Source: Gemmatimonadaceae bacterium (GTDB lineage: Bacteria > Gemmatimonadota > Gemmatimonadetes > Gemmatimonadales > Gemmatimonadaceae). From it: a stretch of DNA of 64,000 nt. Under the pieces are notes generated by a model. It saw nothing but the letters and a program-made list of their open reading frames with translations, ran no database searches and was not told the origin of the DNA. A program made the position numbers and the translations under genes. Below are positions 1-8,832 of this stretch, piece after piece (the stretch's first letter is position 1; each line of letters begins with the position of its first letter). The stretch is from positions 70,840 to 134,839 of the forward strand of contig JADZAN010000015.1 of NCBI GenBank assembly GCA_020852815.1, read 5' to 3'.

Positions 1-113
1 ATGACTTGCGCCTGCGCCGGTGCGAGGGCGATGATCGTCGCGGCCAGCAGGAGCCACGCGCGCGGCGCGGGCGCGAGGCGGAGCCGCGGAGCTGATTTGG
101 CGATACGCATCAT
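1..113 (-). CDS. 5' end of a gene for a secreted protein (signal-peptide region only); the gene continues past the left edge
   Basis: The reverse complement of 1-113 reads MMRIAKSAPRLRLAPAPRAWLLLAATIIALAPAQAQV. This has a charged n-region, a hydrophobic core and an AQA cleavage-like site, and stays open to the window edge. Only 37 codons are visible. Confidence 0.3.
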   Translation of the reverse strand, partial: MMRIAKSAPRLRLAPAPRAWLLLAATIIALAPAQAQV

Positions 114-318
114 GTGCGGAATATGCGCGCTGCGGTCGCGCTCGGTGAGGCGTCGGCGCGCAGACGCGCTTGGCGGACACGCGTGTCAGGCGCGACTCTC
201 GGGCAACTGTCCCGTAACTGAACTGTTGCTTGGCGCGCGCGTCGTCTCCGCGTATCATCTGCGCCAGTGACGTTGGGTAGCCAAGCTCTTTCCTGCAACC
301 ACTCCTCTCCCCCCACTG

Positions 319-3300
319 ATGCGCCTTTCCATCCGCCGTGCAGCAGCGTCTGCTGTGCTGGCCACCGTCCTCGGCGCCTGCGCCGACAACGTCCCGCTTG
401 CCCCGTTGCTCGTCCAGCGCCCGTTCCTCGCGGGTGCCAGCGCGAACCCAGTCGTGCGGATCTCCGAGATCCACTACGACAACGGCGGGACCGATGCGGG
501 CGAGGCCATCGAGGTCTCGGCGCCGACCGGCACCGACCTCACCGGGTGGAGCGTGGTGCTCTACAACGGGAATGGCGGCGCCGCCTACGACACCAGGCCA
601 CTGAGTGGCGTGGTGGTGGACGCGTGCAGCGGGCGCGGGGTGGTGGTGCTGACCTACGCGGTGAACGGCATCCAGAACGGTGCCCCTGACGGGATGGCGC
701 TCGTGGACAACACGGGGGCGCTGGTCGAGTTCCTGAGCTACGAAGGCAGTTTCGCGGCGACCAGCGGCGCGGCGGCCGGCGCGACGTCGACCGATATCGG
801 CGTGAACGAGGCGGGGACCGAGCCGCTGGGACAGTCGCTGCAGCGCCAGCCGAACGGCACCTGGGGCGCACCGGCCGCCAGCACCTTCGGCAGCTGCAAC
901 GACAACGGCACCGCGCCGCCACCGGCGACGGTGACCGCCGTGACCATCTCGCCTAACGGCGCATCGCTCGCGGTCGCGGCCACACAGCAGTTCACCGCCA
1001 CGGCCACCGACTCCAGCGGCGCGACCGTCCCCACGGCCACCTTCACCTGGTCGAGCAGTGCGACCTCCGTGGCCACGGTGAGTGCGAGTGGGCTCGTGAC
1101 CGCCGTTGCGCCTGGCACCGCGCAGGTGATTGCGACCGAGGCCAGCGGCATGGCCGATACCGTCGCCGTGACCGTGCAGGGCGCGCCGCCGCCGACCAGT
1201 GTGCGCTTCTCCGAGATCCACTACGACAACGCCGGCACGGACGTCGGTGAGGCAATCGAGGTGGAGGGGCCGGCCGGGACCGATCTCACGGGGTGGAGCG
1301 TCGTGCTCTACAACGGGAATGGCGGCGGCGTGTACAACACGGCGTCGCTCTCCGGGACGATTCCCAACGTCTGTTCCGGGCGTGGCGTGGTCGTCGTCAA
1401 CTACCCGTCCAACGGCATCCAGAACGGCAACCCTGACGGCTTCGCCCTGGTCGACGCAGCCGGTTCGCTCGTCGAGTTCCTCTCCTACGGTGGGAGCTTT
1501 GTCGGCACGGCAGGTGCGGCCAACGGCATCGCCTCGCGCGACATCCTCGCCGCCGAAGTCGGCGTTCCCATCGGGCAATCGTTGCAGCTCCATCCGGCGT
1601 CCAACCTTTGGCAGCTGACGGCGGCAACTTTCGGCGCCTGCTACGGACAGACGCCCCCGCCACCCACCAACAGCATTACCTTCAGCGGACGCACCAGCTC
1701 CGATCCAGCGCTCCCGGTCGGCTTCGAGGACCAGCTCTTCGCCACCCTGCGTGACGGAGCGGGAACCGTACTCCCCACGACCTTCACCTGGAGCTCGGAA
1801 ACGCCCGCCATTGCCACGGTCGACGCCAACGGGGTCGTGCATGCCCTCTCCGTCGGCACCTTCATCGTGCGCGCCACGGCAGCTGACGGCACCACCGCCA
1901 CGTACTCACTCGACACGCAGGTCGCCACGGCCGGCGGGACCGCGCAGTACGGGAACAACACCGAGTTCGGCGTTCCGCTCGACGGCGACGCCAGCGACGA
2001 CCTGCTCGTGTCGCGCGCGGAGTTCACCTCATCCTTCAATCCGGCGCGCGGCATTCCCAACTGGGTGAGCTACGACCTCGACGCGTCGCACATCGGTGGC
2101 CAGGATCGCTGCGACTGCTTCACCTTCGACCCCGCGCTCCCCGCATCGCTGCCGCGCTACACCACGGCCGACTACACGGGTGCCGGCACCTTTGCCGGCT
2201 ACGGGATCGACCGCGGTCACCTGGCGCGCTCCTTCGATCGCTCGACGGGGCTGCTCGACAACGCCAGCACCTTCTACTTCTCGAACATCATTCCGCAGGC
2301 CGCCGACAACAACCAGGGGCCGTGGGCCGCGCTCGAGAACTTCCTCGGCGACGAGGCACGCGTGAACGACCGCGAGGTCTACATCATCGCCGGCGCCTCC
2401 GGGAACAAGGGAACGGTGAAGGGCGAGGGGAAGATCACGATTCCGGCCTACACATGGAAAGTTGCCGTCACCGTGCCGCGCAACACGGGACTGGCCGGGA
2501 TCGACGATCCATCCGACCTCACGGTGCTCGCCGTCGTGATGCCGAACGACCCGGGCATTCGCAGCATCCCATGGCAGACGTACGAGGTGACTGTGGACTC
2601 GGTGGAGGCGCTGAGCGGATACAACCTCCTCGCCCTCCTCCCCGACCAGGTCGAGATCGCCGTCGAGAGCAAGACCAAGGCGCCCATTGCGGCCGTCGAC
2701 GGCCCCTACACGTCAAAGGAAGGGAGCGGCATCGCGATGAGCGGCGCCGCCTCGACCGACCCGGATGGCGATGCGCTCACCTACGCGTGGAGCTTCGGCG
2801 ATGGCACCCTCGGCACCGGCGTCAGCGCCTCACACACGTACGCACAGGACGGCAGCTACACCGTGCAGCTCACGGTCACCGATGCGCGCGGGCTCAGCAC
2901 CACGACCGCGACAACGGCGACGATCGCCAACGTGGCGCCGAGCATCGCCGCGCTGGCGAGCGTGGCGCTGTATCCGGGCGAGCGCTACACCGCCAACGGG
3001 AGCTTCACCGATCCCGGCGTCGACCCGTGGAGCGCGACCGTCGATTACGGCCTTGGCGGCGGCCCAGTCGCACTCGCGCTCACCGGGAAGACGTTTGCCC
3101 TCTCGCAGGTCTACGCCACAGTGGGGACCTTCACCGTTCGCGTGAGCGTGGCCGATGATGACGCCAACGCCTCGCGCACCATGGTCGTCAACGTGCTCTC
3201 GGTGGCCGACGGGATCCTGGGGACGCAGGCGGCGTTGCAGCTGTACCTCGCCATGGGGCGCATCAGCCAGGGCGGCTACCAGCAACTCAACGCGATGCTG

Positions 3301-3474
3301 GGCGCCGCGCTCAACACGATCAACAACGGCCAGCGGCAGGCCGCCATTATCCAGCTCGACAACGTGCAGAGGGCCATCCGCCGCCTCGAGGCATCGGGAG
3401 AGCTGTCGAAGGGCGACGCCGCCACGCTGCGGACGCTCATGTCGCGCTTCATCCGGTCGTTGTCGCTCCCCTGA
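319..3474 (+). CDS. Secreted or lipoprotein multidomain DNA/RNA non-specific endonuclease: 2x(lamin-tail-like domain + Big_2) + Endonuclease_NS + 2x PKD-like + helical tail
   Basis: ATG at 319. Signal peptide with lipobox (LATVLGAC). Two copies of the module ISEIHYDN(G/A)GTD.GEAIEV..GTDLTGWSVVLYNGNGG, at about aa 48 and 298, each followed by a Big_2-like Ig domain (e.g. ISPNGASLAVAATQQFTATATD). Serratia-type nuclease motifs GIDRGHLARS and NIIPQAADNNQGPW. PKD motif DPDGDALTYAWSFGDG..HTYAQDGSYTVQLTVTD. Confidence 0.85.
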   Translation: MRLSIRRAAASAVLATVLGACADNVPLAPLLVQRPFLAGASANPVVRISEIHYDNGGTDAGEAIEVSAPTGTDLTGWSVVLYNGNGGAAYDTRPLSGVVVDACSGRGVVVLTYAVNGIQNGAPDGMALVDNTGALVEFLSYEGSFAATSGAAAGATSTDIGVNEAGTEPLGQSLQRQPNGTWGAPAASTFGSCNDNGTAPPPATVTAVTISPNGASLAVAATQQFTATATDSSGATVPTATFTWSSSATSVATVSASGLVTAVAPGTAQVIATEASGMADTVAVTVQGAPPPTSVRFSEIHYDNAGTDVGEAIEVEGPAGTDLTGWSVVLYNGNGGGVYNTASLSGTIPNVCSGRGVVVVNYPSNGIQNGNPDGFALVDAAGSLVEFLSYGGSFVGTAGAANGIASRDILAAEVGVPIGQSLQLHPASNLWQLTAATFGACYGQTPPPPTNSITFSGRTSSDPALPVGFEDQLFATLRDGAGTVLPTTFTWSSETPAIATVDANGVVHALSVGTFIVRATAADGTTATYSLDTQVATAGGTAQYGNNTEFGVPLDGDASDDLLVSRAEFTSSFNPARGIPNWVSYDLDASHIGGQDRCDCFTFDPALPASLPRYTTADYTGAGTFAGYGIDRGHLARSFDRSTGLLDNASTFYFSNIIPQAADNNQGPWAALENFLGDEARVNDREVYIIAGASGNKGTVKGEGKITIPAYTWKVAVTVPRNTGLAGIDDPSDLTVLAVVMPNDPGIRSIPWQTYEVTVDSVEALSGYNLLALLPDQVEIAVESKTKAPIAAVDGPYTSKEGSGIAMSGAASTDPDGDALTYAWSFGDGTLGTGVSASHTYAQDGSYTVQLTVTDARGLSTTTATTATIANVAPSIAALASVALYPGERYTANGSFTDPGVDPWSATVDYGLGGGPVALALTGKTFALSQVYATVGTFTVRVSVADDDANASRTMVVNVLSVADGILGTQAALQLYLAMGRISQGGYQQLNAMLGAALNTINNGQRQAAIIQLDNVQRAIRRLEASGELSKGDAATLRTLMSRFIRSLSLP

Positions 3475-3753
3475 CGGTGGGGCGCCGGGTTGTGCAGCCG
3501 GCGCTGAGTCTTAAGCACCGACCATCCCCTCGCGGCGCGCGCCGCGGGGGGATTGTCGTGTCGCAAGGTGGTGCGAAACACCGTCGCCGGTGGCGGCGAT
3601 TCGCTCTTGCGTTGCATCGCGTAGCTGCCGAGGATACGCCGACCGCCACGATGTGGCGGTTCGCCGGGGAGGACGGTCCTCGCTCCTCGCCATTCAAGGT
3701 TCACCTGCGCGCGTACCCGGCACGTCGCGCACCGGAATCCAGTCGACCAACCG

Positions 3754-6700
3754 ATGTCCGTCATCTCCCTGTTCTCGCGCCTAGTCGCCTGCGCGGCGAT
3801 GTGTGTCGCGCTCTCCCCGACCGTCGCGTTGGCCCAGCGCGCACCGCGCGCGACGCCGTCTGCATCCGCCAGCGCATCCGCCGCCCCGCCCTACAACCCC
3901 GCCATCTACTCCGACCCGTCGGCCACCAACAAGGCCTTCAAGTCGCTCCGCTGGCGGCTCATTGGCCCATTCCGCGGCGGGCGCGTGGACGCGGTCGCCG
4001 GCGACCCCACCAAGCCGCTGGTCTACTACATGGGCGCGGTGAACGGCGGCGTGTGGAAGACGGCCAACGCCGGGATGTCGTGGGACAACATCACCGACGG
4101 GAAGACCGACATTTCATCGGTAGGGGCGGTGACCGTCGCCCCGTCCGACCCGAACGTGATCTACGTGGGCACTGGCGAGTCGCAACTGCGCGAGGACCTC
4201 ACCTACGGCACCGGCGTCTATCGCTCCACCGACGCCGGCGAGACGTGGCAGCATCTGGGGCTCGTCGAGACGCACCAGGTGACGACGATTCGCGTGCATC
4301 CCAACAACCCCGACGTTGCCTATGTCGCGGCGATCGGGCACGCCTTTGGCCCCAACGCGGAACGCGGCGTCTTTCGCACGATGGACGGCGGAAAGTCGTG
4401 GAAGAAGATCCTCTTCCTCGACGACTCCACCGGCGCCACCGACCTGTCGATGGACCCGTCCAACCCGCGCATCATCTACGCGGCGATGTGGAAGTTCCAG
4501 CGCTCGCCCTGGGGCATGGAGGCCGGCGGCGGCAAGAGCGGGTTGTGGAAGACGACCGACGGCGGCGACACCTGGACCGACCTCTCCTCCAACCCCGGAA
4601 TGCCGAAGGCGCCGTTAGGCAAGATCGGGATTGCGGTGTCGCCGGCCAACCCGCGCCGACTCTTTGCCTCGGTGGAGGCCAAGGACACGCTGGGCGGGAT
4701 CTTCCGCTCCGACGACGCCGGCGCCACCTGGATGCGCACCAACGGCGAGCAGAAGTTCCAGGTGCGCCCCTGGTACTACTCGGCGGTCACCGCCGACCCC
4801 ACGAACGAGAACACGGTCTACGTGATGAACCTGCAGGTGTGGCGCTCGATCGACGGCGGCAAGTCGTTCACGCGCGTCCGCGTCCCGCATGGCGACACGC
4901 ACATCATGTGGGTCGATCCCAAGGACCCCAACCGACTCATCAACGGCAACGACGGCGGCGCCACCGTGTCGCAGGATGGCGGGAAGAGCTGGTCGTCGAT
5001 CATGAACCAGCCGACATCGCAGTTCTACCACGTCATCACCGACAACCAGTGGCCGTATCGCCTCTACGGCGCGCAGCAGGACAACAGCACCGTTTCCATC
5101 GCCTCGCGCTCGGACCATGGCGCCATCACGGAGCGCGACTGGTGGCCGGTGGCCGGGTGCGAGAACGCGCACATCGCCGTCGATCCGCGCAATCCCAACA
5201 TCACCTACGGCGGCTGCTACACGGGCATGCTGATGCGGCACGACAAGCGCACCGAGGAGTCGCGCGACATCGCGGTCTGGCTCAACAACTACGACGGCTG
5301 GGCGGTGAAGGATGTCCCCAACCGTTTCCAGTGGACCTTCCCCGTCCTCCTCTCGCCGCACGACCCCACCATCCTCTACGCCACCTCGCAGCACGTGTGG
5401 AAGTCGACCAACGAGGGGCGCAGCTGGGAACGCATCTCGCCCGACCTCACGTACGCCGACCCGGCCACGTTAGGCCCGTCGGGAGGGCCCGTCCACAAGG
5501 ACATGACGGGGACGGAGTGGTACGCGACGATCTACGCCTTCGCCGAGTCGCCGAAGGCGAAGGGAAACCTGTGGGCCGGCTCCGACGACGGGCGCGTGCA
5601 CCTGTCGCGTGACGGCGGTGCCTCGTGGAGCGAAGTCACGCCCAAGGCGATGGTGAAGCACACACGTATCACCGGGATCGAGCCCTCGCCGCATGACCCG
5701 GCGGTCGCCTACCTCTCGGCCACGCGCTACCAGCTCGACGATTTCCGTCCGTACTTCTACAAGACGAGCGACTACGGCAGGAGCTGGACGCGCATCGACG
5801 CCGGGATCCCGATGGGGGCCTACGCGCGCTCCATTCGCGAGGACCCCATGCGACGCGGCCTCCTGTTTGCCGCCACGGAGACCGGTGTCTACGTCTCGCT
5901 CAACGACGGCGCGGCGTGGGAGACGTTGCAGCTGAACCTGCCGCGCGTGAGCGTGCGTGACCTGCGCGTGCACGACAACGACGTGGTGGTCGCCACGCAT
6001 GGCCGTTCCTTCTGGTCGCTCGATGACATCGGCGCCATCCGCCAGCTGCACGACTCGGTGACCGCCAAGGCGTTGCACCTGTTCCAGCCGAGCGACGCCT
6101 GGCGATACGCCGGCGGCCGCGGGGGGCGCGGGGGGTCGTCCGGGGAGAATCCGTACGACGGCGTCCTGGTCGACTACTGGGTGGGAAAGGCTCCCACGGA
6201 AAAGCTCAGCATCGAGTTCGTCGACGCGCGCGGGGCGGTGATGCGCACATTCTCGAGCGCCACGAAGAAGGACAGTACCGCCAAGCCGGCCCCCGACTCG
6301 CTCGCCTACTTCGCCGCCGACTCGATCGTGAGCACGCGCGTGGGGAGCAACCGCTTCTTCTGGAACCTGCGCTATCCCAACGCCAAGGAGATCAAGACGG
6401 TGGTGAACGACATGGGGACGCTAACCGGCCCCAGTGTCGTTCCCGGGACATACACGGTGCGCCTCATTGCAGGGAAGGACACGCTGTCACGCCCGTTCAC
6501 CGTCAAGCTCGACCCGCGGATACAGGCCACCACCGCCGACCTGCAGCGCACCTTTGATCTCGGGATGAAGGTACGCGGCCGCATCGACGACATCGCCGAT
6601 GCCTTCGCGCGCATCGAGGACCTGCAGGGCCAGATCGACGTGCGCGTGAAGCAGTCGTCGGACCAGGCGTACGCGCAACGCGTGAAGGACGCGGCCAAGC

Positions 6701-7017
6701 CGGTGCGCGACCAGCTCGAGGTGGTACGCACCGAGCTGGTCGACTGGTACAACCACGACGACCAGGCGACGCTGCACTTCCCCATCAAGCTCTACAACAT
6801 GATGCTGTCGCTCAACTCGCAGGTGCTGGGGCAGGACGCCGCACCCACCAAGCAGCACGGCGAGATCCTCGACGAGCTGGGAGGGAAGGTTGACGTGCAG
6901 TTGCAACGCCTGCAGCAACTCGAGGCCAGCGAGATCAAGAAGCTCAACGCGCTGCTGCAGGAACTGGGGCTGCCGCCGGTCTTCGTGCCGCCCTCGAACG
7001 TGAAGACCGTGTCCTGA
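3754..7017 (+). CDS. Secreted BNR/Asp-box repeat protein (sortilin/VPS10-like, glycosyl-hydrolase-like beta-propellers)
   Basis: ATG at 3754 and a signal peptide (VALSPTVALAQ). At least 8 Asp-box motifs of the form SxDxGxTW: STDAGETW, TMDGGKSW, TTDGGDTW, SDDAGATW, SQDGGKSW, STNEGRSW, SRDGGASW, TSDYGRSW. Confidence 0.85.
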   Translation: MSVISLFSRLVACAAMCVALSPTVALAQRAPRATPSASASASAAPPYNPAIYSDPSATNKAFKSLRWRLIGPFRGGRVDAVAGDPTKPLVYYMGAVNGGVWKTANAGMSWDNITDGKTDISSVGAVTVAPSDPNVIYVGTGESQLREDLTYGTGVYRSTDAGETWQHLGLVETHQVTTIRVHPNNPDVAYVAAIGHAFGPNAERGVFRTMDGGKSWKKILFLDDSTGATDLSMDPSNPRIIYAAMWKFQRSPWGMEAGGGKSGLWKTTDGGDTWTDLSSNPGMPKAPLGKIGIAVSPANPRRLFASVEAKDTLGGIFRSDDAGATWMRTNGEQKFQVRPWYYSAVTADPTNENTVYVMNLQVWRSIDGGKSFTRVRVPHGDTHIMWVDPKDPNRLINGNDGGATVSQDGGKSWSSIMNQPTSQFYHVITDNQWPYRLYGAQQDNSTVSIASRSDHGAITERDWWPVAGCENAHIAVDPRNPNITYGGCYTGMLMRHDKRTEESRDIAVWLNNYDGWAVKDVPNRFQWTFPVLLSPHDPTILYATSQHVWKSTNEGRSWERISPDLTYADPATLGPSGGPVHKDMTGTEWYATIYAFAESPKAKGNLWAGSDDGRVHLSRDGGASWSEVTPKAMVKHTRITGIEPSPHDPAVAYLSATRYQLDDFRPYFYKTSDYGRSWTRIDAGIPMGAYARSIREDPMRRGLLFAATETGVYVSLNDGAAWETLQLNLPRVSVRDLRVHDNDVVVATHGRSFWSLDDIGAIRQLHDSVTAKALHLFQPSDAWRYAGGRGGRGGSSGENPYDGVLVDYWVGKAPTEKLSIEFVDARGAVMRTFSSATKKDSTAKPAPDSLAYFAADSIVSTRVGSNRFFWNLRYPNAKEIKTVVNDMGTLTGPSVVPGTYTVRLIAGKDTLSRPFTVKLDPRIQATTADLQRTFDLGMKVRGRIDDIADAFARIEDLQGQIDVRVKQSSDQAYAQRVKDAAKPVRDQLEVVRTELVDWYNHDDQATLHFPIKLYNMMLSLNSQVLGQDAAPTKQHGEILDELGGKVDVQLQRLQQLEASEIKKLNALLQELGLPPVFVPPSNVKTVS

Positions 7018-7070
7018 CGCGGCGCGCAATCGTCCCCGACGCGCCGCTCGGACACGACGCCGCCGACTCC

Positions 7071-7098
7071 GCGCCCCGGGCAACACGCCCCGGGGCGC
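7071..7098. terminator. GC-rich hairpin between convergent genes (candidate bidirectional terminator)
   Basis: GCGCCCCGGG (7071-7080) pairs with CCCGGGGCGC (7089-7098), with an 8-nt loop. It lies between the stop at 7017 (+) and the stop at 7102 (-). There is no clear U-tract. Confidence 0.4.
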
Positions 7099-7101
7099 GC
7101 C

Positions 7102-8778
7102 TCAGAGCGCTTCGTCCGGCTCTCGCTCGTTCGCGGCGCGCTCGTTCGCGGCACGCTCGGCCGACTCGCGCTCGTCCAGCACATGCTCGAACAGCGGCAC
7201 CAGCGCGGGATCGAAGTGCGAGCCCGCGTCGGCGCGGATGATCGCGATGGCCTGCGCGTGCGGCAGCCCGGGCTTGTAGCTGCGCGCCGTGGTAAGCGCA
7301 TCGTACACGTCGGCCAGGCCGAGGATGCGCGCCACTACCGGGATCCCCTCGCGCGCCAGCCCGTGGGGATATCCGGTGCCGTCCCACTTCTCGTGGTGCG
7401 ACAGGATGATGGGGATCACGTCTTCGGGGAAGTCGATCCCCTTGAGCAGCTCCACGCCGGCCTCGGGGTGCGAGCGCATCAGCGCCCATTCCTCCGCCGT
7501 CAGGCGCCCCGGCTTGTTGAGGATGTCGGGGGGGATGTCGATCTTCCCCACGTCGTGCAGGAGTGCCCCGACGCGGAACCAGAACATGCGCCGCTCGTCG
7601 AAGCCGGCGCGCCGGGCGAGTGCGCACGCCAGGTCGGCGACGCGCATGCAGTGTCCCTGCGTGTAGGCGTCCTTCGATTCGATCGACTCGCCCCATTCCC
7701 GCACGACATCGAGGAAGCCCACCTCGAGGCGCGTCTGCCGACGGTCGAGGTCGGCCAGGGCGCGGCGCGCGCGCAGCTGCCCGAACAGCTGGTGCGCCCG
7801 GTTGAGCGCCTGCACCGTCTCGCGGTAGCGCCCCAGGCGCGACAGGAGTTCCGCATGTTCGCGCGACAGCTCGGCCTGCAGCAGCACATCCTGTCGCAGC
7901 GATGCCAGCGCCGAGCCTAACGAGAACTCGCGCTCGGCGGACTCGGCATCGTCGCGCTCGCGGGCAATGACGCCCAGGTGCTTGCGCAGCTCGGCCTCGG
8001 CGCGGGCATCCCCCATCTCCCGCGCCATGGGGAGCGCGCGGCGGCAGACCTCCTCGGCGTCGGCAATGCGCCCTTGCGCCAGGGCCAGCTCCGCCTGGTT
8101 GCCCAGCACGACGAGGAGCGACGCGCGGTTCCCCTCGCGCTCGGCCAGGAGCGACGCCTGACGGTAGGCGGCGGCCGCCGAGTCCCACTCGCCAAGGTCG
8201 GTGTGCAGCATCCCGAGGTTGTTGAGCGCCCCGCTCACCTCGCGCCACATCCCCAAACGCTGGTATGCCGCAATGCACTCACGGTAGTGCGACATGGCAC
8301 GGGTGATGTCGCCCCGCACGTTGGCGATGATGCCGCGGTTCTGCGCCGTCATCGCCGTCAGCCGCATGTCGCCCGCCCGCGCCCCGCAGGCGTGCGCCTC
8401 GCGGTACAGGCGGTCGGCGGCATCGAGGTCGCCGCGCTGCCAGAAGATCACCGCGCGGATGTTGAGCGCGCGCCCCAGCGCGGCATCCGGCCCGCTGGCC
8501 GAGGCGACGAACTGCCCCACCTCGAGCACGTCGAGCGCGGCGTCCGATTCACCGTCCGTCTGCCAGGTGCGCGCAATCCCGCACAGCGCGTCGATCACCA
8601 CGGCAGGATCGAGCCCGGTCTCGCGACAGTGGATGGCCTGTTCGTAGAGCGAACGCGCCACTGCACGGTGCCCCGCACGCTCTTCCTTCTCGGCGCGCAC
8701 GACCATCTCCCGCGCTTCGGCGCACGCGGGAGCGTCGGCGCCAAGCGCGCCGGGAATGAGGTGCGAATCTGTCGACAT
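7102..8778 (-). CDS. HD-GYP domain protein (putative c-di-GMP phosphodiesterase) with N-terminal TPR-like repeats
   Basis: The C-terminal half contains HDVGKIDIP and HHEKWDGTGYP. About 330 aa of TPR-like helical repeats sit at the N-terminus. The ORF-track start at 8823 is GTG; I prefer the first ATG at 8778 (MSTDSH...), but the start is uncertain. Confidence 0.8.
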   Translation of the reverse strand: MSTDSHLIPGALGADAPACAEAREMVVRAEKEERAGHRAVARSLYEQAIHCRETGLDPAVVIDALCGIARTWQTDGESDAALDVLEVGQFVASASGPDAALGRALNIRAVIFWQRGDLDAADRLYREAHACGARAGDMRLTAMTAQNRGIIANVRGDITRAMSHYRECIAAYQRLGMWREVSGALNNLGMLHTDLGEWDSAAAAYRQASLLAEREGNRASLLVVLGNQAELALAQGRIADAEEVCRRALPMAREMGDARAEAELRKHLGVIARERDDAESAEREFSLGSALASLRQDVLLQAELSREHAELLSRLGRYRETVQALNRAHQLFGQLRARRALADLDRRQTRLEVGFLDVVREWGESIESKDAYTQGHCMRVADLACALARRAGFDERRMFWFRVGALLHDVGKIDIPPDILNKPGRLTAEEWALMRSHPEAGVELLKGIDFPEDVIPIILSHHEKWDGTGYPHGLAREGIPVVARILGLADVYDALTTARSYKPGLPHAQAIAIIRADAGSHFDPALVPLFEHVLDERESAERAANERAANEREPDEAL

Positions 8779-8832
8779 GCGGGTGCTTGTAGGACGAACG
8801 GGAGAACGCCCTCGTTTCCCCACAACGCGCGG

